The notes below the pieces were generated by a model. The model was given only the letters and a program-made list of their open reading frames with translations, was not told where the DNA came from and made no database searches. The translations under genes and the position numbers were made by a program. A stretch of 63,998 nucleotides of DNA, filler included, from Dirinaria sp. TL-2023a (taxonomy: Eukaryota), in NCBI GenBank assembly GCA_051941275.1. It is 17 parts of 17 records of this genome, joined end to end, with 100 filler letters (N's around TTAATTAATTAA, not from the genome) between each part and the next. Parts side by side here need not be neighbours in the genome. Positions count along the whole stretch, not along the records: positions 34,420 to 38,123 come from JAVEBF010001984.1; positions 38,224 to 41,927 come from JAVEBF010001985.1; positions 42,028 to 45,728 come from JAVEBF010001986.1; positions 45,829 to 49,526 come from JAVEBF010001987.1; 13 more parts are not named here. One strand, written 5' to 3'. This document shows positions 36,578 through 49,626 of the stretch, one piece after another (positions within the stretch are counted from its first letter, which is position 1; the number at the start of each line of letters is the position of its first letter).

Positions 36578-38123
36578 ATGGCTTCGAAACCCAGGAAATT
36601 GAAGCCGCATGACTACACTATTGCCTGGCTTTGTGCCTTGGCAGACAGTGAGCTGGTCGCGGCAATAAAGATGCTCGATGAGAGACATCAAGAACCTTCA
36701 AAAGCTGCGAAAGATCACAATACGTATGTATATGGCTCCATCGGTAGCCACAACATCGTCATCGCATGCATGCCTCTTGGGCAACCTGGCATGGTCTCTG
36801 CTTCAAGAACTGCGTTCTGGCTGCCCGCCAGCTTTCCAGAATTAAGTTTGTACCTTTTTGTGGGCATTGGGGGAGGTATACCCAGCGCGTTTCCAGAGCC
36901 AGATCCAGAACGAGATGTTCGCTTAGGCGATGTTGTAGTGGGACTTGCTGATACTCCTGGTATCCCCGGCGTTGTTCAGTACGATCATACAAGAGACCAA
37001 GGGCCTGGCGATAGGGAATTGATGGGAATCCTTGACAAGCCGCACCCAGAGTTACTGACTGCATTGGCAACGCTGTCCGCTAAGCGTATTCTGGGAGAGA
37101 GCAAGCCTCATGAAAACTTAGCAAGATTAATAGGTGTGAAGGGCAGTTTCTCTTCGCCACCCACGAGCTCCGATGAATTGTACCAGTCAACCTACAAACA
37201 CAGAAAAAATGCTACGAATTGTGATCAATGCTCTGCTGCTCAGCTTGTAGTTCGAGCCGAGCGTACAAATCCAGAGATACCAATCTTTCATCAGGGCCAG
37301 ATCTTGTCTGGAAACTCAGTCATTAAGGACGCTCGACGCAGAGTCGAACTCAGTCGGATATTTCCTCATGCGCGTTGTCTTGAGATGGAAGCTGCGGGAG
37401 TAGTGGACCAGACTCACTGTCTAGTTATACGAGGCATTTCCGATTATGCAGACTCTCACAAGAACGGATTATGGCAACCTTATGCGGCGGGAACAGCTGC
37501 AGCTTTTGCCCGTGAATTGCTGTTGACGGTTCAACCTTCTGCTGTAGCGCATATTGGTCGTGTACAGAGTACGTAGTGAGAATCCATTTACTTAAATAGA
37601 TCTGATGTTATGGGCTTCGCACTTAAGAATTCGTAGATCAACTACATCTATTCCGTCCAAGCTAGTTAACTCTTGACTAGGAGAAAAGGACCTTAAGATG
37701 CTCCGCTGGCTGTCAGAAATTGATTATCGAAGCCATCATGATGACCTATCGCGAAATCTGTTAGCTCAATCAGGCCAGTGGCTTTTGGAAAGTCACAAAT
37801 TTGCTTCGTGGAAGCAGTCGACCGAATCATCCATCCTTTGGCTTCATGGAATACGTGAGTAAAAACATAGCCAACAGGAATCTGGCTAATCGTTCTCTTG
37901 AGTACAGCCGGCTCCGGAAAGACCAAACTTACGTAGGCCATTCGTTTTTCGTTGAAATAAAGGCTTGCATATCTATTCACCGACGTGGTTGCTGACTCTA
38001 GCCTTGAACCAGTTCAACTATCGTAAATTGTATGCGGGATACAGATACGGCTTCGACTGCCTTCTTCTATTGCGCACGAAGTATTGCGGAGCCAGCACGA
38101 GCGAAACCTCTCGAGGTCTTATC
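36578..38123 (+). CDS. Fungal NLR: PNP_UDP (nucleoside phosphorylase) effector + NACHT, 3' end cut
   Basis: DYTIAWLCAL, LFVGIGGGIP, DVRLGDVVV, CLEMEAAG, VIRGISDYADSHKN. After an intron (~37569-37680): WLS..SGQWLL..ILWLHGI(P)GSGKTKL Walker A and AFFYC. Confidence 0.88.
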
Positions 38124-38933
38124 NNNNNNNNNNNNNNNNNNNNNNNNNNNNNNNNNNNNNNNNNNNNTTAATTAATTAANNNNNNNNNNNNNNNNNNNNN
38201 NNNNNNNNNNNNNNNNNNNNNNNAAAAAAAAAAAAAAAAAAAATCTAGAAAATTATGCATGAGCTTTAGCTTTCAGCTTTCCGCTTATCTATTCCACATG
38301 TACTCGTCGTACACGATAACTTGAGCTATTCGAGGTAGATATACATCCTATCTATCTTAAAAAACCCCATATTTAGAATAAAACAAAAAAGGGAAGGCAG
38401 CTATCATGAGCTTATACATGTTACCTCCTCTCTCTTCCCCCTCCCCCAAGACTCGGTCTAAGGTAAGGTAACATAAGATAACATAAGATAGGATGATATG
38501 TAAATATAGATAGAGTAGAGCTTCCCTCTTCATCTCACACGCACAAAACTTTTCCCCCTTTTAAAATCACAAGATACAAAATCGATGCTTTGCTTTGGAT
38601 ACATGTAGGTAAGCTCAAGGCACATGTACTTGAGAGCGGGAACAGGAAGGATGCTAAGCCCTAAGGTAAGGTAAGGTGCTAAGACTATGTAAGGTACACT
38701 GTTGCCCACACACACCTCACAAAAAGCTCTTTTTTTTGCAAACCGTGACATAGAGAAAGGGGGTATAATGCTATCATAAGCCCATACAATTTAAAAAAAA
38801 AAGAAGAAGAAAGTAAAAATAAACGCCCTCCTTCCTTCCCTACACTTTTCAACACATCCACAACTTTCCTTTTTTGCGCTCCACCGCTTTCCTTCCGGGC
38901 GGTAAGGTAAGGTAAAAAAAAAGCAATCAATGA

Positions 38934-41927
38934 TCACAACTTCTTCCTCTTAACCGCTCTCATCGCCATCAACGTCTCCTCCCTCCCTCCCTTCCTCCCA
39001 ATCTCCACAACCAGGAACCTGACAAAATCCCTCAAGACCCAATAACTGCTGTGCGCGCTCAACATGTTCAGGTACTGGATCTCGAGCGGGCCCCCGGCGG
39101 AATGCAAGGTGTAGTCGATCTGGCCGTTGTCGTTCATGAGGAACATGCGTTTCTCGGCGATTTCTTCCTTGGAGAAGTCGTGCGTTTCCATCTCCACCGT
39201 GGTGGGCATTTTCACCACCGAGGGCCGGAGGGAGAAGGTTCTTCCTACTCCTCCTCCTCCGTCGGCTGCTGGGTGGTTGATGCTGCTCGTGATGGTGGGT
39301 TTGCTGCTGCGGAAGACGGAGGTGAAGGATTGCATCCATGTCGCGGTGGCGCTGGGGACCGAGGCCGGTTGGAGCGAAGCTGCGTAGTCGACGTCGACAC
39401 ACGCGTTGAGGCGGTAGGCGATGGGATCGTTGTAGTGCATGACATTGTAGAGATTGTCGACTGCGAGGCATCCGTAAGTCCCCATCTCCCCGGTTAAGGC
39501 TCCGTTAAGTTCGTCACCATCTGCGCTGGGTTTATTTCTACCCTTGCGTGGTAATAGGGGGGATTTGTTGAGGAGCATAAAGAAGCCCGCAGGAGATCCA
39601 CAGAAGAAGAGATTCTTGGTGTCAAATTCGAAGATGTCGTTTCGCGGCTGGCTCTCCACACTAGGCTGTGCTGGACGCTCGGTGGGCTGATTGCTGAGAA
39701 TGTCAAGTGCCATGATGCTGCCCAATGAATGTGCAACCAGATGTACCTTACCGTAGTGCTCGAAGCCCGGGTTGTTTTTGATCCACAGGCGGTAGACACG
39801 ATTGGCTTCCCTGACGACCGCTTCGATCATTTTCTTCTTGTGGTGCGAAAGGTAGTAAGGAATGTCGAGCATTACGTCGCTGATCAAATTCCGCACAGCT
39901 GGGATAGACTCGGCAGTTATGTCTTTCAGAGTGAATTGGTTTTTGTCAGGCGTATCTTCCCAGCGATTAGGCTGCGGACCGGAGCTTCCGTCATCAAGCT
40001 GCAGCGTGGATCGCCAATTGATCGGTAAAACCATGACGCTTCCTAGATCCTCACGCAGACATGGCTTAACAGCTTCAGCTTCAAGCTCTATGTTCATCGA
40101 CCTGCGAAATGCATTGATGGCGTGCGTGAAGTGGAAGCTTTCAACCCTCTCTGAGAGTTTTTGCCCAATCCCATGGATAACCAACACCAGATCAGTAACG
40201 CGTGGCCGCTCGTTCTCCAACAGGCAAGCTCCGCAGGAATCACTTCCATTGCGGCCAGTGCCAGCTGCCCGGATGGTTTCGGTAGCTTTGCGAGCAGCAG
40301 CGGCATTTTGTTGTCGCTTTGAGGGTGGATGCAACCTCTCCCAAGCCTTGTAGTCGAAACCACGAACAAGGGGCACGCCAATTGGACGACCTTTTTTGAT
40401 TGACGCTAACGGTCGCCTTCCACGAGCTGGGTTCGGAATCTGATTAGGCTTGAGTATCTGAGCATCGCGAGCATTGACATAGATTATACTGCATTTTGGA
40501 TACAGCCTTGATGGTTTTCCGTGGGCATCGACGGCCTGACTGGAAAGGACGCCTGCAGCTCTGTTCTCTGGGGTTTTGGCAGCGGCAGTAGCAGCCATTC
40601 GTACCTGTATATCAGGCTCGGGTTTCAGAAAGTCTGCAGCGCGTGACGTTGGCCTTCTGCTTTTACTCGTAGTGGGTCGAGACTCAGCCGAAGAGGTATC
40701 TTGAGGCCAAAGGCGGTGTGTAAGCTTCAGCTCGGCTTCCGGGCCCACTTCGAGACAGCTGTTGAGTTCATCTTGATAGGTCGAGGTCCAGGGCCTGATG
40801 TATTCATATCCTTCCTCAATCTGATTCGCAACGTTTGGCTCAACGGGCAGCATTGAATCTTTGTAGAACCAGGTGCCTCTGACAACATCAGAAATATCGT
40901 GTACGGGATCCCAATAGATTGGGCCCATCTACATCATATTAGTATGACGTTTTCGATTATTCCAAGTAACATACCGTCAGGTTTGGCATTTCAACCATGT
41001 GAAGCCTCGAAACTCCGACTGGTACAAGAATTGAGGGGTCTTCTGTCTTTTCGGATTCTTTATACTGCACATTATCATCCTGGGATTCGGTAGGAGCTTG
41101 TTCACCACCGGGTTGCGTCTCGTCCCCGATCCCATCTTCGACAGGCGATTCTGCACCATCAGTCTGGCTAGCTGCTAGCTTTCGTCGAGAGTCTTTTGAC
41201 CGTGCTCTTCTTAGGCGCTCTGGAACACGCAGGAATGGCGTCCCCGTCGTATCACGTTCAGAGGGGCTTCCGCCAAATAGGGTCTCGGGGGCCTTTTGAT
41301 TGTTCTGGCCAGGAGAATCTGCGGAAAGTACTGTTCCCTCCTCAGCGTTCGACTTTCTTGCTTTGGCGTGTCGCCGGAAAGGGCTGCGGTGTCGCTTTTT
41401 GGATAGCCCGCTTTCAAATTCTTCATTCTCGATTTCGTCTGAGGCAATCGGCATCGCATGATCGAAAGGTATGTGGTCTGGGTTGTCACAAAGCATCAAA
41501 TGAGGATCTCCCGTCTCTTGAGAGGTTTGCCCTGTGGACTCCACCACCACTGTATGCGTACCAGACCTCCCATCCACGGCTGCCGTAGATTCACAGTTTC
41601 TCGAAGCTGCCTCTTTACTAATGGAGTCCTGCTCCAGCTTAGTCAAACGTCTCTCGTGAGCACTACGAATGATCTTGGTCAGATTGTCTACCGTCGACGC
41701 CGTAGGAGCAGGGCCACCCAGCGAGGTAAGCGCTCTCCTAATCCGATGCTGGTCAGAGCTGTCAGTTGCCAGATGCGAATCCACCTCTACTGCACCGAGC
41801 TCTCCTTCTCCAGTCTCGGCTTTGTGCAGCGTCATCCATGCTTTTTCTAATGCGTAGTTATCGTGTACTGAAAACGGCCGCGGCGGGACCTTGGAAGGGC
41901 CGGGGCCAGGGGAACTTGAGGGAGGGG
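38934..41927 (-). CDS. DDHD-domain phospholipase A1 (Ddl1/YOR022C-like), 5' end cut
   Basis: PIYWDP..VVRGTWF, DLVLVIHGIGQ, DVMLDIPYY, lipase VAHSLGS, FFCGSP, DPIAYRLN, NDNGQIDY, LSAHSSYW; one intron at about 40930-40975. Confidence 0.9.
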
Positions 41928-42810
41928 NNNNNNNNNNNNNNNNNNNNNNNNNNNNNNNNNNNNNNNNNNNNTTAATTAATTAANNNNNNNNNNNNNNNNN
42001 NNNNNNNNNNNNNNNNNNNNNNNNNNNCATATAGAGAGACTTACCTTAGATATAGAACTCACAATAAGAGAATGTATATAGACTTGGTGGGTTTGGACAG
42101 GTGCTGTAAAGGAAGGGGGCAAAGGGTTATAAGAATATTCAGAAAAAACAACCACCATTTTAACATTAAACTATCACTGTCTCTAAAAACATCTTCTCTC
42201 ATCTCCATCTGGGGGGTTTTCTCTGAGTCTGATCGCAAATGCCAAATCCACATAAAACATTGAACAGAAACCTAAAGAGCGATAACAATATTAAGAAGAG
42301 GTGAGAGGGAAGCAAAACACCAATTCAAGAACTGTAACCAAGGCACAAGCTAGTTGATGGTGGTAAGCCAGCGGATCTTGCTCCATTGACATTCGAGGGG
42401 GTAAAAGGCTGGATGAGAGAGATGAATCGCAGAAGACTCATACAGACCGGGGGAACCTATTTCAAAGAAAGGAAAAATTGAGATTACGTGTAGACTGCTC
42501 TAAAAGCTTCGGAGTCTCAAGCCTCTTTACAGTTCATGCAAAGGATAGGCAACTGTTGCTTGCCCGGCGACAAGTTGAGAAGGAGCATAAGGTGCGAGTA
42601 CATCGCAGTCTCCACACAAAAGCACGCAGACAGCAGCGACATTTGCGCAGATACATGACATGAGCTTTTGACGAATTGACATTATCTTGATGAATCGGTT
42701 TGAACACTGGCAAAAGTTTGTTCTAAGCCTCGGAAAAACATGATTCAAATTGACACAAGATCGTAAAGAATTGAAGGAGTCTTTAGAGGATCGACCTTGG
42801 GAGGCAATGG

Positions 42811-42842
42811 TCAGGCTTGGCAGGCTTGGCAGGCTTGGCAAG
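42811..42842. repeat. 9-bp tandem repeat (CAGGCTTGG) x3-4
   Basis: Directly visible. Confidence 0.75.
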
Positions 42843-43065
42843 CTAGCTCTTCATACACTAGTGGTGTGGAGGCTGCTACATGCGTGAGGCTCACCACGGC
42901 TGCAACAAATGACATCGTGCGGCGCAGTCTTAAGATATCTTACGAATACCTACCCTCCTACCTTGACTCGATCATCATGCGAGTATAATAAATGTCGAAG
43001 ACCTCCGACTTGGAACTTCATGCCTCGCAGTCGATAAATTTTCATATCATTACCATGTATTTAAC

Positions 43066-45470
43066 ATGCACTCAGTACCCACCACCTCTGCACCCATGCG
43101 ACAACATGCCATAGCTCCGAGAAGGCGACAGCAGTTCAGAGCCGCTCGGGCGTTTTATCTCATCATTTTCATTGTCGCTGCTATCGCAACATGGAGTCTC
43201 TTGACAGGCGGCAGCCAAGAACCCGGGGTAGCAGAACATCGCGATGTGCTGAAACGGGAAGTGAGCGCTGTACAAAGTTCGAGCGGTAGTCTCGTGCGCA
43301 GAGATCAGGAGGTACATTGAGATTTCCCTGTCTTTTCGGAACTGTAGTGGCTTGATGGAAGCTAATCACTAGACTATGAAGTGTCGCCTCGTTCATAGGG
43401 CTGCGGACAAGTGCGCGTTCATCCGACGCAATTGCCCTGACGAGGAAGCGGGCCTCTTCTCCTACCTACAGCTCTACTACTGCAAGATCCCAAGCGCGAA
43501 ACCGGTCGCCTTCGTTGTCTTGGTACTATGGCTTGGTCTACTCTTCAGCACGATCGGAATCGCTGCCAGCGACTTCTTCTGCGTCAATTTGAGCACCATC
43601 GCAAGCATCTTGGGCATGAGCGAGAGTATGGCGGGCGTCACTTTCCTAGCGTTCGGGAATGGAAGTCCGGATGTTTTCTCGACTTTCGCAGCGATGAAGA
43701 CCCACAGCGGAAGCTTGGCTGTCGGCGAACTTATTGGAGCAGCTGGGTTCATCACCGCGGTTGTGGCCGGATCAATGGCACTTGTGCGCCCATTCCGGGT
43801 AGCAAGGAAGAGCTTTGTGAGAGATGTGGGATTCTTCATTGTTGCTGCGAGTTTCAGCATGGTCTTTTTGGCCGACGGCCGATTATACCTTTGGGAATCT
43901 GCTGTAATGGTTGGATTCTATCTTTTCTACGTGGTGACGGTAGTGCTCTGGCATTGGTACCTACGCCAGAAAGGCCGACGAAAAAGGATCGAGGCGGCTG
44001 CTCGAGGGCATTTCCACGTTCCTGGATCCGATGAGGTTGAGGCTGAGCCATATCATGATGAAGAGGAGGAAAGTGGACCTGCAAGTGGGGCGCGAACTCC
44101 TTTAAGAGGCATTTCTGCAGACGACTTTGCGGCATTGGAAAGAGGAGGGAGCCCGATGTTGGGTCCCAAAGATGCCGTAGATCTGGACGAGGACGAGGAG
44201 ACGAGAGAGCACTGGCTCGCAGAAATCAGCAGCAATATGCGCATCAGTCGACCTAGACCCGGTGAAAGAAGAAATACTGCAAATCCGATCCGGCCAAGCT
44301 TGGTAGGTGCTTTGGAGTTCAGAGCCGTCTTGTCTTCGCTGCAAAAGTCGAGGAATCTCCAAACGATCCCCATAAACTTGCGTCGATACTCTGACGATCC
44401 AACCTATACCCTAGCTCAGCAGCAAAATCACTTCGCTACAACTTCTAACCCAGATATTAGCCATGAGGACGTTGATGCGCATGCGTTTGCAGAGGATGAT
44501 TCATTACGGACTAGCGCTGAGCAGGATCGAAACACTGGTTCAGGTCGTGTTCGAGCTGTCTCCGTCAATGATGCCGCGGGGTTAAGGCTTGATGTTAATG
44601 CTTTCCAAAGACGTTCAGCGCCAGATGTAGATCTACTAGGACCTTCTCCCCCAGCGACGGCCGGCTTGGACATCCCAAGGATTGAAACCGCTGTCGGCAG
44701 TGAGGAAGACCCTCCCACCAAGCGAACTCCCCAGCTCTCTGTTCAGCCTCCTCCCTCGAGTGATTTCGAATATCTAGCTACCAGTCCAGGGGCTATGTCC
44801 ATTGCGGGCGACAGGTCACCAAACCTACTTGCACCTCCTAACAAATCCTTACCTGGCTTCTCCCAGCCTCCTCCACCTCGAGATCGAACCATATCACGTA
44901 CCAGCACCCTAGATTCGCAACGGCAGCCCAGACAATCCAATTTATCCTTGGAAGGCTCACTACGAACCAATGATTCTTCGCCAGCCACTCCCTTTCCAGA
45001 GTATCACGACGACGTTAACTGGCAGCCCTCATCTCGCACTCCCAGCATACGGCTGCCGCCACCGAGCATAGGCTCCGATTCCCATTTCAACCACAACATC
45101 TTCGATGAATCAGAAGAGAAACCAATATCCTGGTGGCCCTACAAGGCCCTGCCGCCTCCCCAGGTGCTAGTCTCCACGCTCTTCCCAACGCTCTACTCCT
45201 GGAAAGACAAGAACCTGTGGGAGAAAATGTTAGGCCTCGTATCAGCGCCGAGCGTCTTCCTGCTCACAATAACCCTACCAGTAGTCGAGTCCGAAAGAGA
45301 CGAGGATACCGCCCCTGCCATCGATCCAGACCCCGGCCTCCTAGGTCCAAACAACGCTCGATCACGCTCCCAGTCCATCCCCATCCTCCCACCAGACAGT
45401 CCCACACCCTCACCATCCCACTCAGCCGATGAACCTGAGCCACACATCGAAACCCACAGCAACGGCCCCC
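43066..45470 (+). CDS. Cation/Ca2+ exchanger (CaCA superfamily, Ecx1/YDL206W-like), N-terminal two-thirds
   Basis: [26 protein letters not shown], alpha-1 repeat [44 protein letters not shown]. The second TM bundle is missing, replaced by bacterial sequence. Confidence 0.88.
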
Positions 45471-45491
45471 CCACCGGAGGAGACGCCAGCC

Positions 45492-45728
45492 ATGAACTAC
45501 CAGCCCAAGGACTCCGGGAAGACCACCGGTACGCTCGTTCCCGAGTCGGTCACCACCGGCCCGCTGCCCGGCTCGCGAAAGGTTTATGCTTCCGCCGCGG
45601 CGGGCATCGCCGTGCCGTTCCGCGAGATCGCGCTCGACCCCTCGGCCGGCGAGGAGCCGTTGCGGCTATACGACACGTCCGGCCCGTACACGGAGGAGAA
45701 CGCGGCGGTCGACCTCGCCGCCGGGCTG
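45492..45728 (+). CDS. thiC: Bacterial phosphomethylpyrimidine synthase ThiC, N-terminal fragment
   Basis: [41 protein letters not shown]; abrupt rise in GC and GC3; GGAGGA Shine-Dalgarno at 45476-45481, 10 nt before the ATG. Confidence 0.85.
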
Positions 45729-45828
45729 NNNNNNNNNNNNNNNNNNNNNNNNNNNNNNNNNNNNNNNNNNNNTTAATTAATTAANNNNNNNNNNNNNNNN
45801 NNNNNNNNNNNNNNNNNNNNNNNNNNNN

Positions 45829-48800
45829 GAAAAGATGTCTAGACACTGACGCCGATCTGAGACTCGTTGATCGCCAATTTTTAAGGCGGCAAAGCTCAGA
45901 TGTCACTATCAGAATCATGACATCATCTGTTACTGTCCGCGGTATTGACACTAATCAACATCAGACTACTGAGTACGTTATTGCTTTTATGTATTTCACG
46001 AGGGCAGACGACAAGAGAAATCGAGTTCGCGTCATGATTAGACGTGAACTACATGTAGTCGATGATTTAAAAGTCAATGTGCTCATTGACAACGATATTA
46101 TGAGTGCCGAAGACATATCTATTGATCTAGAAAAACGAGTTGCTAGAATCGATAGCTGCGGTGTTATCGTGTCAATTGAAATTAGAACATCACATAAGAG
46201 CAGTTCCGTTCAGAAATCAGTTCACTTACGCAAGACGACAGTCATATCGCCGCGTAGCGAGCAGACAGTCGAAATTCACAATCTTGCAGTCTCGGATGAT
46301 CGAGACTATCTTTTCGAATCTGCTGAGTTGAATCATTTGATCATCTATGCGCATATGATCAATGCGACCACGAGAGCAGTCATATTGAAAAATGACTTCA
46401 ATAGTTCAATACAAGTATCACGGAATCATCGATTAGGTCGCATTATCGAATTAGAATTTTCAAATGCGTATCACGTTGAGAACCAATCGATACGAGATCT
46501 TGCTACTAGAAGATCGCGATCAGATCACAAGCCGTTCTGATTTAAAAAGATTATCGCCGCTCTCGCTTCCGTGGCTACAGTGACTGCAGTTGACACTGCC
46601 GCGATCTCTTCGTCGATCACTTCGATCATCTCATCCGCGATCGCTTTGTCTTCTATGTCGAAAATTTCGTCACTTTCAGACGTGTCGGATATCGCGTTAT
46701 TCTGGAAATCGATTCAGAACATCGCAGTTTCACTCTCGAAAGCGGAAACGTCATCTCTGCTGAGCGAGCTATGAAATTCGTTTATCTCGTCGAGATCGAT
46801 TCAGTCAGTCTGAAAGTCATTTACGAACGAGTCGTCGATCGTATTTGTAACGGCATCAAGGTTAACGGTCTCTGTTACGCCTGACTCTTCTCGTGACGAG
46901 ATAACTCTATCGAATGAAGTAACTATTTACAACTTCGATGGCGAGGCGATACAGAAATTACGAGTCGTAGTGAAAGCCTTTCTCGATTTATGAAAGGACA
47001 GCGGATTTGCAGACGTTCTCGAGAATAACTGAATGAGAATATCATTGAAGAATGATTGAGAATCTAAGATCAACGGTAAGATCAAGATATACCTCTTGGG
47101 TCAACGCGATAGAGATCTGATCGATACTACGCTCGATGAACTACATGACAAGGGTCGTCTATCATGAACTACTAAATTTACATCGTTTAGTTACCCCCTG
47201 TTTTGTGTCTGAAAGCACATCTCTGAAGGCAGAAAGAGCCGTGTGGTCGTTGACGTGCGAGGTTTAAATTCGATGACTCAACTCGACGTCTACCCTTTGT
47301 CATTGCAGTCCGACATAATACAACTATTGGCGAAATGCAAATACATAATCGTGATCGACGCAGCTTCATTTTTCTATCAGTGAAGGGTTCATTCAGATGA
47401 TCGGCATAAGCTTACTATCGTAAGCCATCGAGGTCAGGAGACCTTCAATGTGGCGATTATGAGGTTTAAGAATTCGTCGGCCTACGTACAACGTCAAATA
47501 GATCGTATTCTTCGACCACATAGACGATATGCTAGGGTCTATATCGACGACATTGTCATTTATTCTAGATCACTCGCAGAGCATTTGAATCATCTAAATC
47601 GGGTATTTGAAACGCTTCAACATTACAACATTTCTTTGAAGTCTATCAAGGCCTTTGTCGAGTACTCAACGATACAACTACTTGAGCAGAAGATTGACTC
47701 ATTCGGCCTTGTCACGACGGAAGACAAGCTCAAGGTCATATCGTGTCTTAAGTTTTCAAGAACTCTTAGGCAATTGAAAACCTATTTGAGTCTCACAGAA
47801 TGGCTACGTGAGTATGTATCGATGTATGCAGGCATCGCGAAGTCTTTACAGAATCGCAAGACCGAATTATTGCGCAACGGACTCACGACAGGCAATCTCA
47901 GACGCATCTACTCCGCGGTCACCAAAGTACAGAATTCTACTAGAAGAGAGCTCGCCTCATTTGAGATACTGCAATTCATGTTTTCAAAAACAGTTCATCT
48001 TGCACACTTTTCTTCTAAAAGGCAATTGTATGTTGATCTAGATGCTAGCAAGAAATTTGGTTTCGGGGCGATGCTCTATCACGTTAAAGACGACGTCAAC
48101 TGAAATAACAAGAGCTTTTCGTCTAGACGATCTATAGAGTCAATCTTGTTTCTAAACAGACTCATTATCGGCGTCGAATCTCGCTATTGATCGACCGAAT
48201 TGAAGTTAGCAGATATCGTGTGAGTGCTTAAGAAAATCCGACATTACGTGAAAATCACTACTCTGACGACGATCATCTATACAGATCATGATGCTGCTCT
48301 GAACATTGTCAGACAGACATCAATGACTACGTCGTCGACGAATAAGCTGAATCTTAAACTAATTAGAGTCTCCGATTATATTCAGCGGTTTAACGTGAAA
48401 CTTCGTCACAAATCGAGAAAGCAGCACCTAGTTCTCGATGCTCTGTTCAGACTATTCAGCGATAACAGCAACAAGTCAGACTATGACGAGAACGGCGAGC
48501 TAGATGTGCTATACATCACTACTTTGATCGAGATGAACGCTACCTTCAAACAACGTATAGTGAACGGCTATCAATCTGACTTCAATTGACAGAAGGTTCA
48601 AAATACTCTCAGCGACAACGAGAACGTTATCAATTTCTCATTTGTAAGAGAAGACGATCTCATCTATCGCACGAATCGATTTATCATCGGTCAGCACGTT
48701 TATCAATCGCGACGTCTTTGCATATCTCACTCCGTTGTTAAGAATATTCTAGACATGATTCATAGCGCGGAGAGTCATTCAGAATTCGCTAAGTGTCTTG

Positions 48801-49526
48801 ACATGATAGCAAATTTCTGATACATTCGCGGACTCGCTAGATATCTTAAGGACTATCTACGACATTGCCCGAACTGTCAAATATATCAGACTCGTCGCCA
48901 TCGCTTTTATGAAGCTTTGCAATCTATAATCAGCCTCTCGGTGTCGTTTCATACATTGAGTATCGATTTTATTCTCGCATTATCAGAAACCGCGGACGGC
49001 TTGAACTCTGTTATGTCAGTCACGTGCAAGTTTACAAAGCGTGTAACCCTTATATCTGACAAAACTAAATGATCTGCACAGCAATGAGACGTGACCTTAC
49101 TTGACCGCTTGAATGTAGCAGACTGAGATATCCTCAAGATCATTATCTTCGATCGAGACCCAAAGTTCTTATCGAATATGTGAAAATTCATCTTCAATCG
49201 TTTAGACATCAAGCTCATGTATATCACGACTTATCATCCTCAGACGAACGATCAGAGCGAAAGAACTAATCAAACTGTTGAGATTGCTCTTCGATTTTAC
49301 CTTGCCGACATGTCGAACTCTATCGAATGAATAAGAATTCTACCTCGTATTCAGCGTGACATCAATAACAGTCGATTTACGACGACTGAGCATACTTCTA
49401 ATGAGACTGCTTATGAATTTATCTCTGTGCAATCGGCCGACTTACTAGAATCTACGAAATCATCTGACGTGAAACTCATTTTCGTGATCACTCGAATAGT
49501 CGTCGCGGACGTCATAGCTTTCGCAC
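45829..49526 (+). mobile_element. Degenerate Ty3/Gypsy LTR retrotransposon pol (PR-RT-RH-INT)
   Basis: CLDTD (from DTG protease), IDAASFFYQ*R, YIDDIVI, LYVDLDASK, YTDH, HHCC (H..H..CPNC), SIDFIL, DRDPKF, YHPQTNDQSERTNQ; many in-frame TGA and one frameshift near 47197; no LTRs in this contig. Confidence 0.95.
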
Positions 49527-49626
49527 NNNNNNNNNNNNNNNNNNNNNNNNNNNNNNNNNNNNNNNNNNNNTTAATTAATTAANNNNNNNNNNNNNNNNNN
49601 NNNNNNNNNNNNNNNNNNNNNNNNNN

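Noticed and set aside
43376..45784. 802-aa exchanger ORF as a novel fusion protein
   Set aside because: The tail is out-of-frame read-through into bacterial thiC DNA and the linker.
45829..49526. UGA=Trp recoding in the retrotransposon or NLR
   Set aside because: The same GG->GA/AG change also destroys Gly and Pro codons in catalytic motifs, a frameshift is present, and host genes use TGG for Trp and TGA as stop.
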